A stretch of DNA of 64,000 nucleotides, taken from assembly GCA_001773695.1 (NCBI GenBank), contig MEXN01000007.1:115204-179203 (forward strand). Direction: 5' to 3'. The stretch's first letter is position 1. The number at the start of each line of letters is the position of its first letter. Under the pieces are notes generated by a model. It did no database searches and was not told the DNA's origin. It was given only the letters and a program-made list of their open reading frames with translations. The position numbers and the translations under genes were made by a program. Shown in pieces: positions 18,366 through 25,910 of this stretch. This DNA comes from Candidatus Amesbacteria bacterium RIFCSPLOWO2_01_FULL_48_25 (GTDB lineage Bacteria > Patescibacteriota > Microgenomatia > CAZETR01 > Amesbacteraceae).

Positions 18366-18911
18366 ATGAGAATCTGTGGATTGGACGAGGTTGGCCGGGG
18401 TTCGTTGGCCGGACCGTTGGTGGCTGCGGCGATCATTCTCAGGGCAAGCATCTCAAATCTCAAGGATTCTAAAAAATTAAACTTGAAACAAAGAAACAAA
18501 CTTTACAAAAAGATATTAAAAAATGCTGAGGTGGTCGAGGTGGAAATAATTTCGGCGAGACAAATTAATAATCGGGGGATGGGATGGGCAAATAAGCAAG
18601 TTTTTAAAAATTTAATTAAACGAATTGAAGCCGACAAATATATTATTGACGGGAATTTAAAAATCAAAAAAACAATTAGTATAGTGAAAGCGGATACAAA
18701 AATTCCGGAGGTGATGGCGGCTTCGATTGTAGCTAAAGTAACCAGAGACATGTTAATGAAGGAACTGCATAAAAAATATCCGAGTTACGGCTGGCGAACA
18801 AATGTGGGATACGGAACGGGCTATCACGTGAGAGCAATAAGAGAATACGGATCAGTCCACTATCACCGGAGTGTGTTTGTAACAACGGCGATAAAAAACT
18901 CTAAATTCTAA
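18366..18911 (+). CDS. rnhB: Ribonuclease HII
   Basis: GLDEVGRGSLAGP, DSKKL, AASIVAKVTRD, GYGT. Confidence 0.95.
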   Translation: MRICGLDEVGRGSLAGPLVAAAIILRASISNLKDSKKLNLKQRNKLYKKILKNAEVVEVEIISARQINNRGMGWANKQVFKNLIKRIEADKYIIDGNLKIKKTISIVKADTKIPEVMAASIVAKVTRDMLMKELHKKYPSYGWRTNVGYGTGYHVRAIREYGSVHYHRSVFVTTAIKNSKF

Positions 18912-18944
18912 TATCTAAATCCTAAACAATTTATCAAATTCGAA

Positions 18945-19328
18945 ATGGATCATATCGCCATCATGAATCCTAAGTTGAAATTAATAGACAAAACTTTGAG
19001 TGGGGAAAAGAAGGTTGAGTCGAGATGGCTAAAAAATAAATCCGCGCCGTGAGGGAAAATAAAAATCGGCGAGAGGATTTATTTTAAGGACTCAGGAAGG
19101 CCGGTGACTGCCGTGGCGAAAGTTGAAAGAGTGACGGAATTGACTGATATGGAGAAGGCGACCAGGCTGTTTGGGTCGAGGAAGTGGGCAAAAGGTAAAA
19201 ATTATTGTGTTCTAATCTAGCTGAAGAATCCGAAAAAAGTCGCGCCGTTTAAAATTAATAAGACAGGTTTCGGTTCGGGAGCGGCGTGGATGGTTGTAAA
19301 GGATATTGAGAAAATCAGGACAAAATGA
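18945..19328 (+). pseudogene. ASCH/PUA-like domain protein interrupted by two in-frame stops
   Basis: MDHIAIMNP..LSGEKKVESRW..SAP*GKIKIGERIYFK..YCVLI*LKNP..; TGA 19050, TAG 19218; 127 codons, no frameshift. Confidence 0.8.
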
Positions 19329-19344
19329 GTTATTATTCCAGTTG

Positions 19345-19947
19345 ATGTTGGATGAGAAGTGGGTGATATTGGGAGCGGTTTTGAATTTCTCTGGCACGGC
19401 AACCTATTTGATAGAAACTCTAAAAGGCAAGGTTAAACCGAATAAGATGACATGGTTACTATGGGCACTGGCACCGTTGGTCGCATTCAGCGCTGAGATA
19501 AGTCAGGGTGTAGGACTACAGTCTCTGTTGACTTTCATGGTTGGTTTTGGGCCGCTTCTAATATTTATCGCCTCATTTATCAACAAGGAGGCATACTGGA
19601 AAATCAGTCGTCTGGATTATTTTTGCGGAGGGTTTTCTGTGCTGGGATTGTTGCTATGGGCTACAACCAAAAACGGAAATTTGGCGATAGCTTTTAGCAT
19701 CTTGGCGGATGGGTTGGCTGGTGTGCCGACAATCATCAAATCTTGGCGGGCTCCAGAGACGGAGAATGCGACGGTTTTTCTTCTTGCGGGAATAAGTGCC
19801 TTGATTACTCTCCTTACCATAGATGTCTGGAACTTCGAGCATTATGCCTTTCCGGCCTATATTCTGCTAATTTGTGCTTTGTTATTCTCCTTGATTAGGT
19901 TTCGGCTGGGTAAAAAGCTGGACGAGGGGGTAATTGATAGAGGCTAA
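19345..19947 (+). CDS. Hypothetical multi-pass membrane protein (PQ-loop-like repeats)
   Basis: About 7 TM; KPNKMTW and PTIIKSW..PETE repeats. Confidence 0.65.
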   Translation: MLDEKWVILGAVLNFSGTATYLIETLKGKVKPNKMTWLLWALAPLVAFSAEISQGVGLQSLLTFMVGFGPLLIFIASFINKEAYWKISRLDYFCGGFSVLGLLLWATTKNGNLAIAFSILADGLAGVPTIIKSWRAPETENATVFLLAGISALITLLTIDVWNFEHYAFPAYILLICALLFSLIRFRLGKKLDEGVIDRG

Positions 19948-20827
19948 AAGTTAGGTCAGAAGTTGTATTTTGGATGAGTATTTTGCCTTGGGTCGGATAG
20001 ATGAGGGCGCGGGCGAGAGTGGAGTCTTGGCAGGCGGTGAGTAATGCCAACACCTCGTCTTGGGTCATGTGATCTTTGGCGAGACGAGAGGCCTTTTGAT
20101 AGCGACTTACCGATTCCGGCGGTTGATAAGTTTCGTTGGCTTGGCCTCGGGGAGTGAGAAAATGGTTAGTGTGAACGTAATGTCCTCCAGTCATTTGAGT
20201 GGTTTCTTGGTAGCTGGGGGAAACGGCAATGTTTAGCAGGTCGTCGCCTTGGACCAGGAAGTGGTTAAAACCAGAAGCGTGGGGAGTTTGTGATAGTAGT
20301 TGTCCGGCTTGGGCAAGAGAGCGACATTCTAAAAGTGCGCGGGCAATAAAATTACGGGGGACTCCTATCTGGGGACGGGAGTGAAGATTGTCGATACATT
20401 GAACTAGACCCCAATTGTTGATGCTGGCAGACGTGCCAATAAACTGATATTTGTAGTGCAACCCCAAAATAGTGGTGTCCCCGATTTTGGCTTTGAGAAG
20501 ATGCAGGTCATTGGCTGTTTCATTGTCGTCTCCCGAGTCTTCGTTGTGGGCAACGACCGGTTGGTTGTCCAGATGGGTAAATATGGTGGTGCAATGAATG
20601 GATTCAGAGCAGTTAAGAAGAAAAAAGTCCTCAAATGAAACTCCGGCTGCTTGGGCCATGTTTTGGGCCTCGATCAAGATTTCAGGAAAGGTTTTTTGGG
20701 CGGCTTGAATATAGGGATCAACGGGGAGGATTTTAAGTTTTTTGACCCGCTGGTTAATTTCTAGGCGAAACTTTTTACCTAAAAAACTACCCAGTTCGGC
20801 GTGGGAACCGGTAAATTCTAAGTACAA
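19895..20827 (-). CDS. Peptidase C45 family (Ntn hydrolase, acyltransferase-like)
   Basis: Autocleavage-type CTTI, AHNED, HTNHF motifs. Confidence 0.85.
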   Translation of the reverse strand: MYLEFTGSHAELGSFLGKKFRLEINQRVKKLKILPVDPYIQAAQKTFPEILIEAQNMAQAAGVSFEDFFLLNCSESIHCTTIFTHLDNQPVVAHNEDSGDDNETANDLHLLKAKIGDTTILGLHYKYQFIGTSASINNWGLVQCIDNLHSRPQIGVPRNFIARALLECRSLAQAGQLLSQTPHASGFNHFLVQGDDLLNIAVSPSYQETTQMTGGHYVHTNHFLTPRGQANETYQPPESVSRYQKASRLAKDHMTQDEVLALLTACQDSTLARALIYPTQGKILIQNTTSDLTFSLYQLPPRPAFYPAET

Positions 20828-20847
20828 AAATGGGTGGTTTATTATAT

Positions 20848-21261
20848 TCAGGGTAGTTTATACAAGACTTGGGAGAGGAAGTCGCGGGGAGATAAAATGG
20901 GTATGCCCTTGAATTTTTTGAGGGGGAGAAGATGCTTTTTGTCACCGGTGACAATATAGTCGGCGTTGGCGGCTTGGGCGCAGGCTAATATTTTATTATC
21001 TGTAGGATCAGATTTGACTACGGAGACGGTTGGGGTGGTGGTAATATATTCTCCGACTGTCGATACCAATTTTTCGGCTTCCAAAAGATTATCCTTGTTC
21101 CATTTGAACTTATTGGCGAGAGTCTGAATAACCTCCTTGACTACTTCTTCAGATACACATACGGTAATCTTTCTTTCCTTGATCGCATCGAACATTTTAC
21201 TTATAGCGCCACCGAAATGAAGGTTGGAAACGTAGATGTTGGAGTCAAAAACTACCTTCAT
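20848..21261 (-). CDS. PIN-domain toxin (VapC-like)
   Basis: MKVVFDSNIYVS, DPTDNKILACA, IVTGDKKHLL; ATGA-coupled to the antitoxin. Confidence 0.9.
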   Translation of the reverse strand: MKVVFDSNIYVSNLHFGGAISKMFDAIKERKITVCVSEEVVKEVIQTLANKFKWNKDNLLEAEKLVSTVGEYITTTPTVSVVKSDPTDNKILACAQAANADYIVTGDKKHLLPLKKFKGIPILSPRDFLSQVLYKLP

Positions 21262-21500
21262 GCATCTCCCATGAGCCTGTATACGTCTTCTTCGGAAGTG
21301 ATACCCAATTCCTTCGCCTTTTCGCGACCATACTCGCGGATCTTCTCCCATCTTTGCATCCAAACATATCTTTTCATAAGTTCGGCTAGAGTGGCGCTGC
21401 GTGTCTGGCCCGCGTCTTTAATAACTTCGTCGAACGAGGAGAGAAGTTGGGAGTCCAACGAAAATGAGACTACGGCTGTATTTCTGGTAATTTGGGGCAT
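21258..21500 (-). CDS. Ribbon-helix-helix (CopG-like) antitoxin
   Basis: VVSFSLD..FDEVIK..TRSATLAELMKRYV; GITSEEDV tail. Confidence 0.85.
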   Translation of the reverse strand: MPQITRNTAVVSFSLDSQLLSSFDEVIKDAGQTRSATLAELMKRYVWMQRWEKIREYGREKAKELGITSEEDVYRLMGDA

Positions 21501-21506
21501 GGTGTT

Positions 21507-21535
21507 ATTATTACACTGTAATACTGGGGTGTCAA
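21507..21535 (-). promoter_or_regulatory. Toxin-antitoxin promoter with operator palindrome
   Basis: TTGACA-17-AATAAT-6-ATG; inverted repeat TATTACA-C-TGTAATA at 21509-21523. Confidence 0.75.
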
Positions 21536-22032
21536 ATAGACTTATTTTTGTGTTTTCCATACTCTTTTGCAATCCAGAGGTTGTTTACCGCAAGTATCCC
21601 CTTGAAAATTCCGGCTAATATGCCAAAATGTGGAACTATAATCGAGGCTGCCATTTTGTTGGCCATAAACAAAGCGTTTTTACCTGAGGTCATTTCACGC
21701 ATTGATGGCCTGGCTGAATGGTAGCGGTTTGCCTCGCGGATTAGAATTACCTGGCCGGTGATTTTTTCGGCGGTGTTAACAGCTTCTATCGCTTTAGCGG
21801 TGCTATAAGTGTCCGCTATTTCCGATAGACAAAAAATCGCTGCGGATGTGAGATGCCATGGAAGAAGCTGCTGGCGATTGATGCCGAGTGCAAAAATTGT
21901 GATTTCGCTGATGACTAACGACAAGGGTATGAGAGGAACTTGATCTAGATATTCATACCACTTACTAACCCTGTGCATGGGCTTTGCGCCTGCTTTTGTG
22001 AACTCTTGGTCTATGTCGACATTGTCTGGCAT
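21532..22032 (-). CDS. Hypothetical membrane protein
   Basis: 166-aa ORF with hydrophobic segments. Confidence 0.55.
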   Translation of the reverse strand: MPDNVDIDQEFTKAGAKPMHRVSKWYEYLDQVPLIPLSLVISEITIFALGINRQQLLPWHLTSAAIFCLSEIADTYSTAKAIEAVNTAEKITGQVILIREANRYHSARPSMREMTSGKNALFMANKMAASIIVPHFGILAGIFKGILAVNNLWIAKEYGKHKNKSI

Positions 22033-22036
22033 ATTT

Positions 22037-22879
22037 TTACTCTGGACTGGGTTCAGATAATTGGTGGGTGTGATTAAGCTTTTGGCCTAAAAGAGTTGTT
22101 GACGAGGTGACGTGGGACATCTGGTTGAAGGCGTTGGTGAGATGGCGATTTAGGACGCCCATGTTTTCAGAGACACGCTCATAATCTTTTTGGGCGGCGC
22201 GTAAGGTTTTTAAAATCTGGCGAGATTTGACCTCCAGCTCTTTGCCCTGGAGGGACTGCAAAAGCACTTGGAGGTGGGCGTAGAGGGTGTTGGGGGAGAC
22301 AGGATAGACCCGCTGGTCGCGCGAGGCTCTGATAAGTTCGCGATTGTTAACAACTTCATAATAGACACTTTCAGAGGGAATATACATCAAGGCAAAGTCC
22401 ATGGTGTCTTCTTCGGGAAGAATGTATTTCTTGGCAATATCCGTAATATGCTTTTTTACCGCAGACACCTCAAAATCGGGAAATTTAGAATCGATGCACA
22501 GGAGACCGGCGTCGGTTTTGAGAACAGCATCAACAATACTGCCGGTTTTAAAACGGTACTGGAGGTGGAAGGCGTTTTTGGGGAAAGTCGAGCCGATCAT
22601 CTGGCCTAAGATCTCTTCGCCCAGGCCGCCTCTTAATTTGGGACTGGATAGAAAGTCTTGGAGGGACTTAATGCCCCGACCGACTTCGGACATCTCGCCT
22701 AAAGATTTTTGGACGTCTGCCATGAGCCGAGTGGAGCTGTCCAGAGACGAGGAAACAGAGGTTAGCCATTGAGAAAGGAGGGGGTCCTGAGATTTTTGAG
22801 ACAGCCAGCCACGAATTAACCACAGAGTGATTATGAAGCCGGAAATTATTGATAAGATAATAAGCAGTTCAAATGGCAC
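22037..22879 (-). CDS. rmuC: DNA recombination protein RmuC
   Basis: N-terminal TM, RGGLGE, IDSKFP, DFALMYIPSESVY, VSPNTL; GTG 22879 is 6 nt after TATAAT. Confidence 0.9.
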   Translation of the reverse strand: MPFELLIILSIISGFIITLWLIRGWLSQKSQDPLLSQWLTSVSSSLDSSTRLMADVQKSLGEMSEVGRGIKSLQDFLSSPKLRGGLGEEILGQMIGSTFPKNAFHLQYRFKTGSIVDAVLKTDAGLLCIDSKFPDFEVSAVKKHITDIAKKYILPEEDTMDFALMYIPSESVYYEVVNNRELIRASRDQRVYPVSPNTLYAHLQVLLQSLQGKELEVKSRQILKTLRAAQKDYERVSENMGVLNRHLTNAFNQMSHVTSSTTLLGQKLNHTHQLSEPSPE

Positions 22880-23184
22880 ACAGATATTATATATCGAATA
22901 GAAAATGGCGGACACTTGGGGTCGGGGTGGTATTTTGGATAGTACTGATACTTCTGATTTGGAGGTTGCCCCCCGATAAGTGGTGGGTAGAAGTGGCGGC
23001 AAATATGTTTTTGGCTTTGGGATTATTATTTACGACCACGTGGGTATGGGGAAGCGGGAAGTGGGGGTTGATCACGACAACGGGAATAATTGGCCTACTG
23101 TGGATGAGGAGGTGGGGATTGTGGGACGAGGTGACCGTGGGCGGATGGTTAATATTTCTGGGGTTGCTTACTTTAGTTAATTAA
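22873..23184 (+). CDS. Small 4-TM hypothetical protein (start uncertain)
   Basis: Hydrophobic, Trp-rich 103-aa ORF. Confidence 0.55.
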   Translation: MAHRYYISNRKWRTLGVGVVFWIVLILLIWRLPPDKWWVEVAANMFLALGLLFTTTWVWGSGKWGLITTTGIIGLLWMRRWGLWDEVTVGGWLIFLGLLTLVN

Positions 23185-23198
23185 AGTAGCATGGGCGG

Positions 23199-23558
23199 GT
23201 GCAAGTTTCCAAACGAAATGTCAGTCCGATTTTAAAAAAACAGATTGAAAAAATGTGGTATCAGTTGGTGGTAGATATCAAAACTCCCCAGGATGCCGAG
23301 GTGATACTGGGAGGGTTATTATCCGAGACTGAACTGGAAGCAGTTACTAAAAGACTGGCGGTGGGTTATTGGTTAAGCAACGGCAGAAGTTATGAAAACA
23401 TAAGAGAGAATCTAAAGGTATCAAGTGCTACGATTGCGGCCATTGCCCAGGAGCTGAAAAAGCCGGAGTGGACGTCTGCACTACAGCGAGTGAAGGCCGA
23501 AGAGTGGGCAACGAAGTGGGAGACGAGGATAAACAAATTATTTAATCCTCGTAGTTAA
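23199..23558 (+). CDS. TrpR-like (YerC/YecD) HTH protein
   Basis: LLSETE..KRLAV..L..GRSYENIRENLKVSSATIA. Confidence 0.85.
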   Translation: MQVSKRNVSPILKKQIEKMWYQLVVDIKTPQDAEVILGGLLSETELEAVTKRLAVGYWLSNGRSYENIRENLKVSSATIAAIAQELKKPEWTSALQRVKAEEWATKWETRINKLFNPRS

Positions 23559-23600
23559 ACAGTTGATCAGTTAATCAGTTTGCCAGTTAAGTTATTAAGT

Positions 23601-24806
23601 TTAGAGAGTAAATTGGCCATTTCTATAAATGATTTTTTGGGTGCCGTCCTCGAGGTGAGCGGTGGCGATACGATTGGTGGTAGAGATAATGTCGGTATGA
23701 ACAGCGGAGTCGTTGAAACCTAATTTAGTCCATTGAGTTTTGGCAACTTTAGCGGGATCGCCAGCATAAGAGTCGTGGTAGGCGGAACCCAGGGCAATGT
23801 GGGTATTACCAAAAGGCCCGGAAATATTCTCGTCGAAAAGAGTCTCTGCCATGAATTTGTCGATGCGAGAGAGACGTTTGTCAGTTAAAGAAAATTCACC
23901 TATTTTGTCGGCATTTTCTGTCGCTATCATTTCCTTGAGAACCGGGTAATTTTTGGAAGCTGTGCTTTTGACTACTTGGCCGTCTTGAAAATCTAACTTT
24001 ATGCCCTCGATTAAATTACCATAGCGATATAAGGGTTGATTGAATTCGATATGTCCTTCGGTACCGCGCCAGTCGGGAGAAATAAACACTTCGAAACTGG
24101 GAATGTTTCTCCCGCCACCGTCCAACCACTTGCGGTGGGGACCGATTTTGATCCAGAGATCGACGCCGTCGCCTTTGACGTGCAGCTTGTCAATTTTCAG
24201 AGCATTAAGCTTGGTTTGGAGACGATGGTTTTCTCGGGCTACTTGGCGCCACTTGGCAATGGGATCGGCGGCATCCAAATAGCAAGCTTTGATGATTTGG
24301 TCCCAATAGTCGGAGGGGGTCATTTTGGCCTCGGCGGCCATCGCAGGAGTGCCATATAGAGCCAGCGTCCAAGTAAATTTACCGGCGTTTTCTTTGGCAT
24401 CGCGCCAGTCTTTGGCAGGTTTGAGGGCCCTACTTTTGGTCATAATTTTTTGGGGGTCGATGCCCTCGAGCTCATGCTTATCGGTCTCGGAAATAATAGC
24501 GATGGAGTGGTCGATTTGGTCAATGAGGCCGCGCATGAATTTAGCCGGGAAGAATTTGAGTTGGTCGGAGTTGGCTAGTTCGTAATACTGCCTGGCCACG
24601 TCGTCCGGTTGATAGTCGGTTAGGGGGATAGCACCGGAGCGAAGAACTTGGTTCCTAAGAGCAATGTAAAGTGGTTTGGCGCATTCGTTGACAATGAGAC
24701 GGACGACTTCGCCTTTTTTAACCCCATTGCCTGAATTGAGGGCAAAATTGACCAACACTTGGGCGTATTTTTGGAGAATCTCGGGCGACGGCTTGTAATC
24801 ATTCAT
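23601..24806 (-). CDS. Aminopeptidase, M29 family (AmpS/PepS)
   Basis: NIPSFEVF, IGEFSL, LFDEN, HIALG, SAVHTD. Confidence 0.92.
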   Translation of the reverse strand: MNDYKPSPEILQKYAQVLVNFALNSGNGVKKGEVVRLIVNECAKPLYIALRNQVLRSGAIPLTDYQPDDVARQYYELANSDQLKFFPAKFMRGLIDQIDHSIAIISETDKHELEGIDPQKIMTKSRALKPAKDWRDAKENAGKFTWTLALYGTPAMAAEAKMTPSDYWDQIIKACYLDAADPIAKWRQVARENHRLQTKLNALKIDKLHVKGDGVDLWIKIGPHRKWLDGGGRNIPSFEVFISPDWRGTEGHIEFNQPLYRYGNLIEGIKLDFQDGQVVKSTASKNYPVLKEMIATENADKIGEFSLTDKRLSRIDKFMAETLFDENISGPFGNTHIALGSAYHDSYAGDPAKVAKTQWTKLGFNDSAVHTDIISTTNRIATAHLEDGTQKIIYRNGQFTL

Positions 24807-24832
24807 ACCCCGAAGTATACTATAGATAGCAC

Positions 24833-25063
24833 ATGACGCTGGCTGAAGTTGTGTTGGGCAGGGCAGGAATGCCGGAGGATAACGTACGGCGTTTGGCTGT
24901 GGGAGTGGGGATGGTAGTTCTTGGATTGGGGTATGGGGTACTATCTGGTAACGATTTCGTTGGTGGGACGGTTATGTTGACCGGCATGGTGTCTGGTGGA
25001 ATTCAAGCTTTGATAACTGCTTTTAACCCGCCTGGTCCGGGATCTAGTTATTTTCGTCGATAG
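24833..25063 (+). CDS. Small hypothetical membrane protein
   Basis: 76-aa ORF with two Gly-rich TM segments. Confidence 0.45.
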   Translation: MTLAEVVLGRAGMPEDNVRRLAVGVGMVVLGLGYGVLSGNDFVGGTVMLTGMVSGGIQALITAFNPPGPGSSYFRR

Positions 25064-25064
25064 T

Positions 25065-25073
25065 TGATATAAT
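25065..25073 (+). promoter_or_regulatory. Extended -10 promoter (TGnTATAAT) of the leader-SAM hydrolase-metG operon
   Basis: tgatataat, 9 nt upstream of the leader ATG. Confidence 0.7.
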
Positions 25074-25082
25074 AGCTGCACA

Positions 25083-25124
25083 ATGAAACTGGGTGTTTAC
25101 ATGATGGCGATGGATTCCGCATAG
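25083..25124 (+). CDS. Met-rich leader peptide MKLGVYMMAMDSA
   Basis: ATG AAA CTG GGT GTT TAC ATG ATG GCG ATG GAT TCC GCA TAG; 3 internal Met codons in 4 positions; upstream of metG operon. Confidence 0.8.
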   Translation: MKLGVYMMAMDSA

Positions 25125-25176
25125 GCGGGTGGTTCGACGTTGTTCACCATTCCGCCGAAAGGCGGATTTTTTATTT
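25116..25176 (+). terminator. Transcriptional attenuator (1:2 hairpin, 2:3 antiterminator, 3:4 terminator)
   Basis: CCGC-ATAG-GCGG; GGCGGGTGGT..ACCATTCCGCC; TCCGCC-GAAA-GGCGGA-TTTTTTATTT. Confidence 0.8.
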
Positions 25177-25179
25177 CTA

Positions 25180-25217
25180 ACTCACCCCTAATCCCTCTCT
25201 TAATCTAAGAGAGGGAC
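25180..25217. repeat. Truncated CCCTCTC..GAGAGGG palindromic element in the operon leader
   Basis: tccctctcttaatctaagagaggga hairpin preceded by ctcacccctaa. Confidence 0.75.
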
Positions 25218-25229
25218 ATTACTAAACCT

Positions 25230-25910
25230 ATGAAAAAACCACTCATTACAATCACCACTGACTTTGGGGATGGGTTTGCCACAAGTCAGCTAAAAGTGAT
25301 TGTGGCAGGCTTGGGTTACACTGGTCATCTGGTGGAAAACCACGATGTCAAGCCATATTCGATCGTCGAGGGGGCGTATGGGATATGGCAGCTGGCCAAA
25401 TATTGCCCAAAGGGATCGGTGCATGTGGGAGTAGTAGATCCGGGAGTAGGGTCAGATAGAGCCGGAATAGTAATTAAAACCAAGAATTTCTGGTTTGTGG
25501 GGCCGGATAATGGGCTGTTGTATCCCGCGGCAGTTGCGGATGGAATTGAAAGAATTTGGAAAATTATAGATTTTGAAAATGTTTCAAATACTTTCCATGG
25601 ACGAGATGTGTTTATAAAACAGGCAGTGTGGCTGGCGCAGGGGAAAGAACCAAGAGGGGAAGAGATTGAAGAGATTAAGAGATTAAGTTTCGAAGAAGGG
25701 CAGGTGGTGCATATAGACCATTATGGGAATGCCAAGATTTGGGGGAAAAAGACTTTTGGGCTGCCGGTAGTCAAAACTTTTTCGGATGTGCCCGAGGGGA
25801 GTCCGTTAATTTTTAATGGCAGTAGTGACCTACTGGAGCTGGCAGTGAATCTGGGCAGCGCAGAGGAGCGATTTGGATTAAAATTGGGACAAGTTATAGA
25901 AAAACTGTGA
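25230..25910 (+). CDS. SAM hydroxide adenosyltransferase / SAM hydrolase (DUF62, chlorinase-fluorinase superfamily)
   Basis: ITITTDFG, VVDPGVGSDR, FVGPDNGLL, SNTFHGRDVF, IDHYGN, LELAVN. Confidence 0.9.
   Translation: MKKPLITITTDFGDGFATSQLKVIVAGLGYTGHLVENHDVKPYSIVEGAYGIWQLAKYCPKGSVHVGVVDPGVGSDRAGIVIKTKNFWFVGPDNGLLYPAAVADGIERIWKIIDFENVSNTFHGRDVFIKQAVWLAQGKEPRGEEIEEIKRLSFEEGQVVHIDHYGNAKIWGKKTFGLPVVKTFSDVPEGSPLIFNGSSDLLELAVNLGSAEERFGLKLGQVIEKL

Noticed and set aside
18945-19328. Stop-codon reassignment (TGA or TAG read as sense)
   Set aside because: Many intact genes end in TGA or TAG and long ORFs are uninterrupted under code 11; the lesions are local
25064-25229. T-box or SAM riboswitch upstream of metG
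   Set aside because: No T-box bulge sequence, stem I or SAM-I core; the leader is short and explained by uORF attenuation
25230-25910. Fluorinase/chlorinase call
   Set aside because: The DUF62-type D/R/H residues (TDFG, GSDR, TFHGRD) favour a hydrolase; no halometabolite context
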